Assembly: GCA_027320085.1 (NCBI GenBank)
Contig: DAHVLZ010000004.1
Coordinates: forward strand, 1 to 37,811
From: Pseudomonadota bacterium
GTDB taxonomy: Bacteria; Pseudomonadota; Gammaproteobacteria; JAKAQQ01
Length of the DNA stretch: 37,811 bases
Reading direction: 5' to 3'
Shown here: positions 36,518 through 37,811 of the stretch, in pieces
Layout of the letters: the number at the start of each line of letters is the position of its first letter
Position numbering within the stretch: the first letter of the stretch is position 1
Notes under the pieces: generated by a model
The model's input: the letters and a program-made list of their open reading frames with translations, nothing else
The model's database searches: none
Told to the model about the DNA's origin: nothing
Translations under genes and position numbers: made by a program

Positions 36518-37660
36518 TCATAGGCCCAGCCCGATCTCCCGCTTGCGGCCGAAGCCCCATTCGATGCCGCCATCGTCGCGGCGAACGCCGCTGATGTATT
36601 GGTCGAGGCGCTTCTCCAGGACGGGCTGCCAGGGCACGAGCTGGAAGCCGAGCCCATCCTCGATCATGGCGAAACGCCCGCTGGCGAGCTGGGTCGAGCC
36701 AACAAGCTGGCCCATGACGTAGTTGCCGGGGGCGGCAGGCCGCCATTGCCGACCGCGCTCGGCCGCCAGAGCCTTGCCCATGCTCTCCAACTCCATCGTT
36801 TCCAGCCGTTGGATCAGGTCTTTGGAAGCACGGAACCGGCCTTCACCCATATCCACCGCAAGCCCCATGTCGGCCAGGACGGGTTTGCGCTGTTCCCATG
36901 CAGCGCGCACGTCCGCGCCGAAACCGTGCTGGGCAACGGTGTCCCGCTGGCCGATCATGGTCCGGTCCAGCCAGGTTGCGCCCTTGTAGTTGACCTGCCG
37001 CTCAAGCCCTATCGAAGAGAGCGCATTCACGCGAGCACCTGCACCATCGCGGGCAAGATCGTGGGCGAGGCCGCGCTCGGGAAGATTGTTGGGCACGCGC
37101 CAGCGATCCGCGTCGATCCGTTCCACAATCCCGGCCCGGCGTAGAGCCTCCAGCCGCCGGACGTGCATTTTGACGAAGGTGCTGGGATCGGTGCGGATAT
37201 GCGCGGCCTGACCCCTCGGCGGAGACGATGAAGCGGAACTGGTGGCGGTCGTCGCGGCCCCGATCGAGGAAGGCGCGGCCGTCCTCCACGTCACACTCGG
37301 CAGAATAGACTTGCCATTTCTGGCCGTCACCGTGGACGCCGTCGCGCTCCAGATAACGCAGGTGGGCGTCCACCGCCTTGGCACTGGCGAACTGCCGTCC
37401 GCGCAGCGCGCCACACTGAGGGTTGATCTTCACGATCCGGGCCTTCACCGTCACGCGCCGGGCGCGCGTCCGCAAGCCGCTCACGTTCCGGCTCCAGGCG
37501 CTCCCCTCCTTCAAGGCGGCGTCGACCGCCGCGCCCAGTCCGCGTGTGTTGAACCGCCCACTTCCCTCTCCGGCCGAGCTCGACCGATTGGGGTCGCCGC
37601 CGGCTCGCCGTATGGCCTGATGCACCTCGGCCAAGAAGGTCCTGGGACGCGGCCGGACCG
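36518..37660 (-). pseudogene. VirD2-like / DUF3363 (RlxS-type) relaxase pseudogene with a large out-of-frame internal deletion
   Basis: The N-terminal part (RRVTVKARIV, AHLRYLERDGV, DDRHQFRFIVSAE) is joined near 37212, in another frame, to the C-terminal part (HVRRLEALRRAG, GATWLDR, LASGRFAMIEDGLGFQLVPW, GIEWGFGRKR.IGL). The HUH region is missing. Confidence 0.85.
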
Positions 37661-37666
37661 CCCACA

Positions 37667-37811
37667 CTAACCTGACGCCATCTCGATCGCGTCGTCCGGT
37701 GATACAATGAAGCGGAAGTGGTGGCGGTCGTCGGCGCAGCGCTCCGCGAACGCCTTGGGATCGGCCTCGTCGGTGCCGGGACCGAAGAGCCGCGCCTTCT
37801 CCCCGTCCCGG
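37667..37811 (-). pseudogene. Second VirD2-like relaxase N-terminal fragment, running off the window edge
   Basis: RDGEKARLFGPGTDEADPKAFAERCADDRHHFRFIVSPDDAIEMASG* covers the same motif region as the neighbouring relaxase with a different sequence, then stops. Confidence 0.8.

Noticed and set aside
1-37811. CRISPR array, rRNA, or intact prophage/conjugation genes
   Set aside because: No regularly spaced short repeats, rRNA-like sequence, or phage structural or type IV secretion genes were seen.

Overview
GC-rich proteobacterial chromosomal window, probably gammaproteobacterial judging from the mutS/cinA layout and GlyGly-CTERM-like surface proteins. Left to right: (1) a tightly packed synthase-type exopolysaccharide-like operon (repeat/YaiO-like outer-membrane barrel, TM-HEAT protein, processive GT2, membrane-anchored CX5R phosphatase, small membrane protein); (2) an AT-richer glycosyltransferase-like gene between transposon remnants, a methyltransferase, a YVTN/YncE beta-propeller surface protein and manC; (3) a minus-strand run in which mutS overlaps directly into a glycan export/modification cassette (flippase, sulfotransferase, propeller hydrolase-like protein, FemAB-like transferase, methyltransferase, outer-membrane protein); (4) cinA, then an AbrB/PIN toxin-antitoxin pair, a MITE-like element and an FG-GAP surface protein before thpR, with no recA; (5) TPR protein, Cache-HAMP-GAF-degenerate GGDEF-EAL protein, S10 peptidase, lipoprotein, and cueR-like/copA behind a ZntR-like operator; (6) a decayed region (katG fragment, IS1595 fragment, unidentified CDS relic), tRNA-Arg(ACG), and a collapsed integrative element (deleted serine integrase, two relaxase fragments) in which only the GNAT/DUF1778 toxin-antitoxin pair is intact. 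All calls come from motif recognition by eye; no searches were run.
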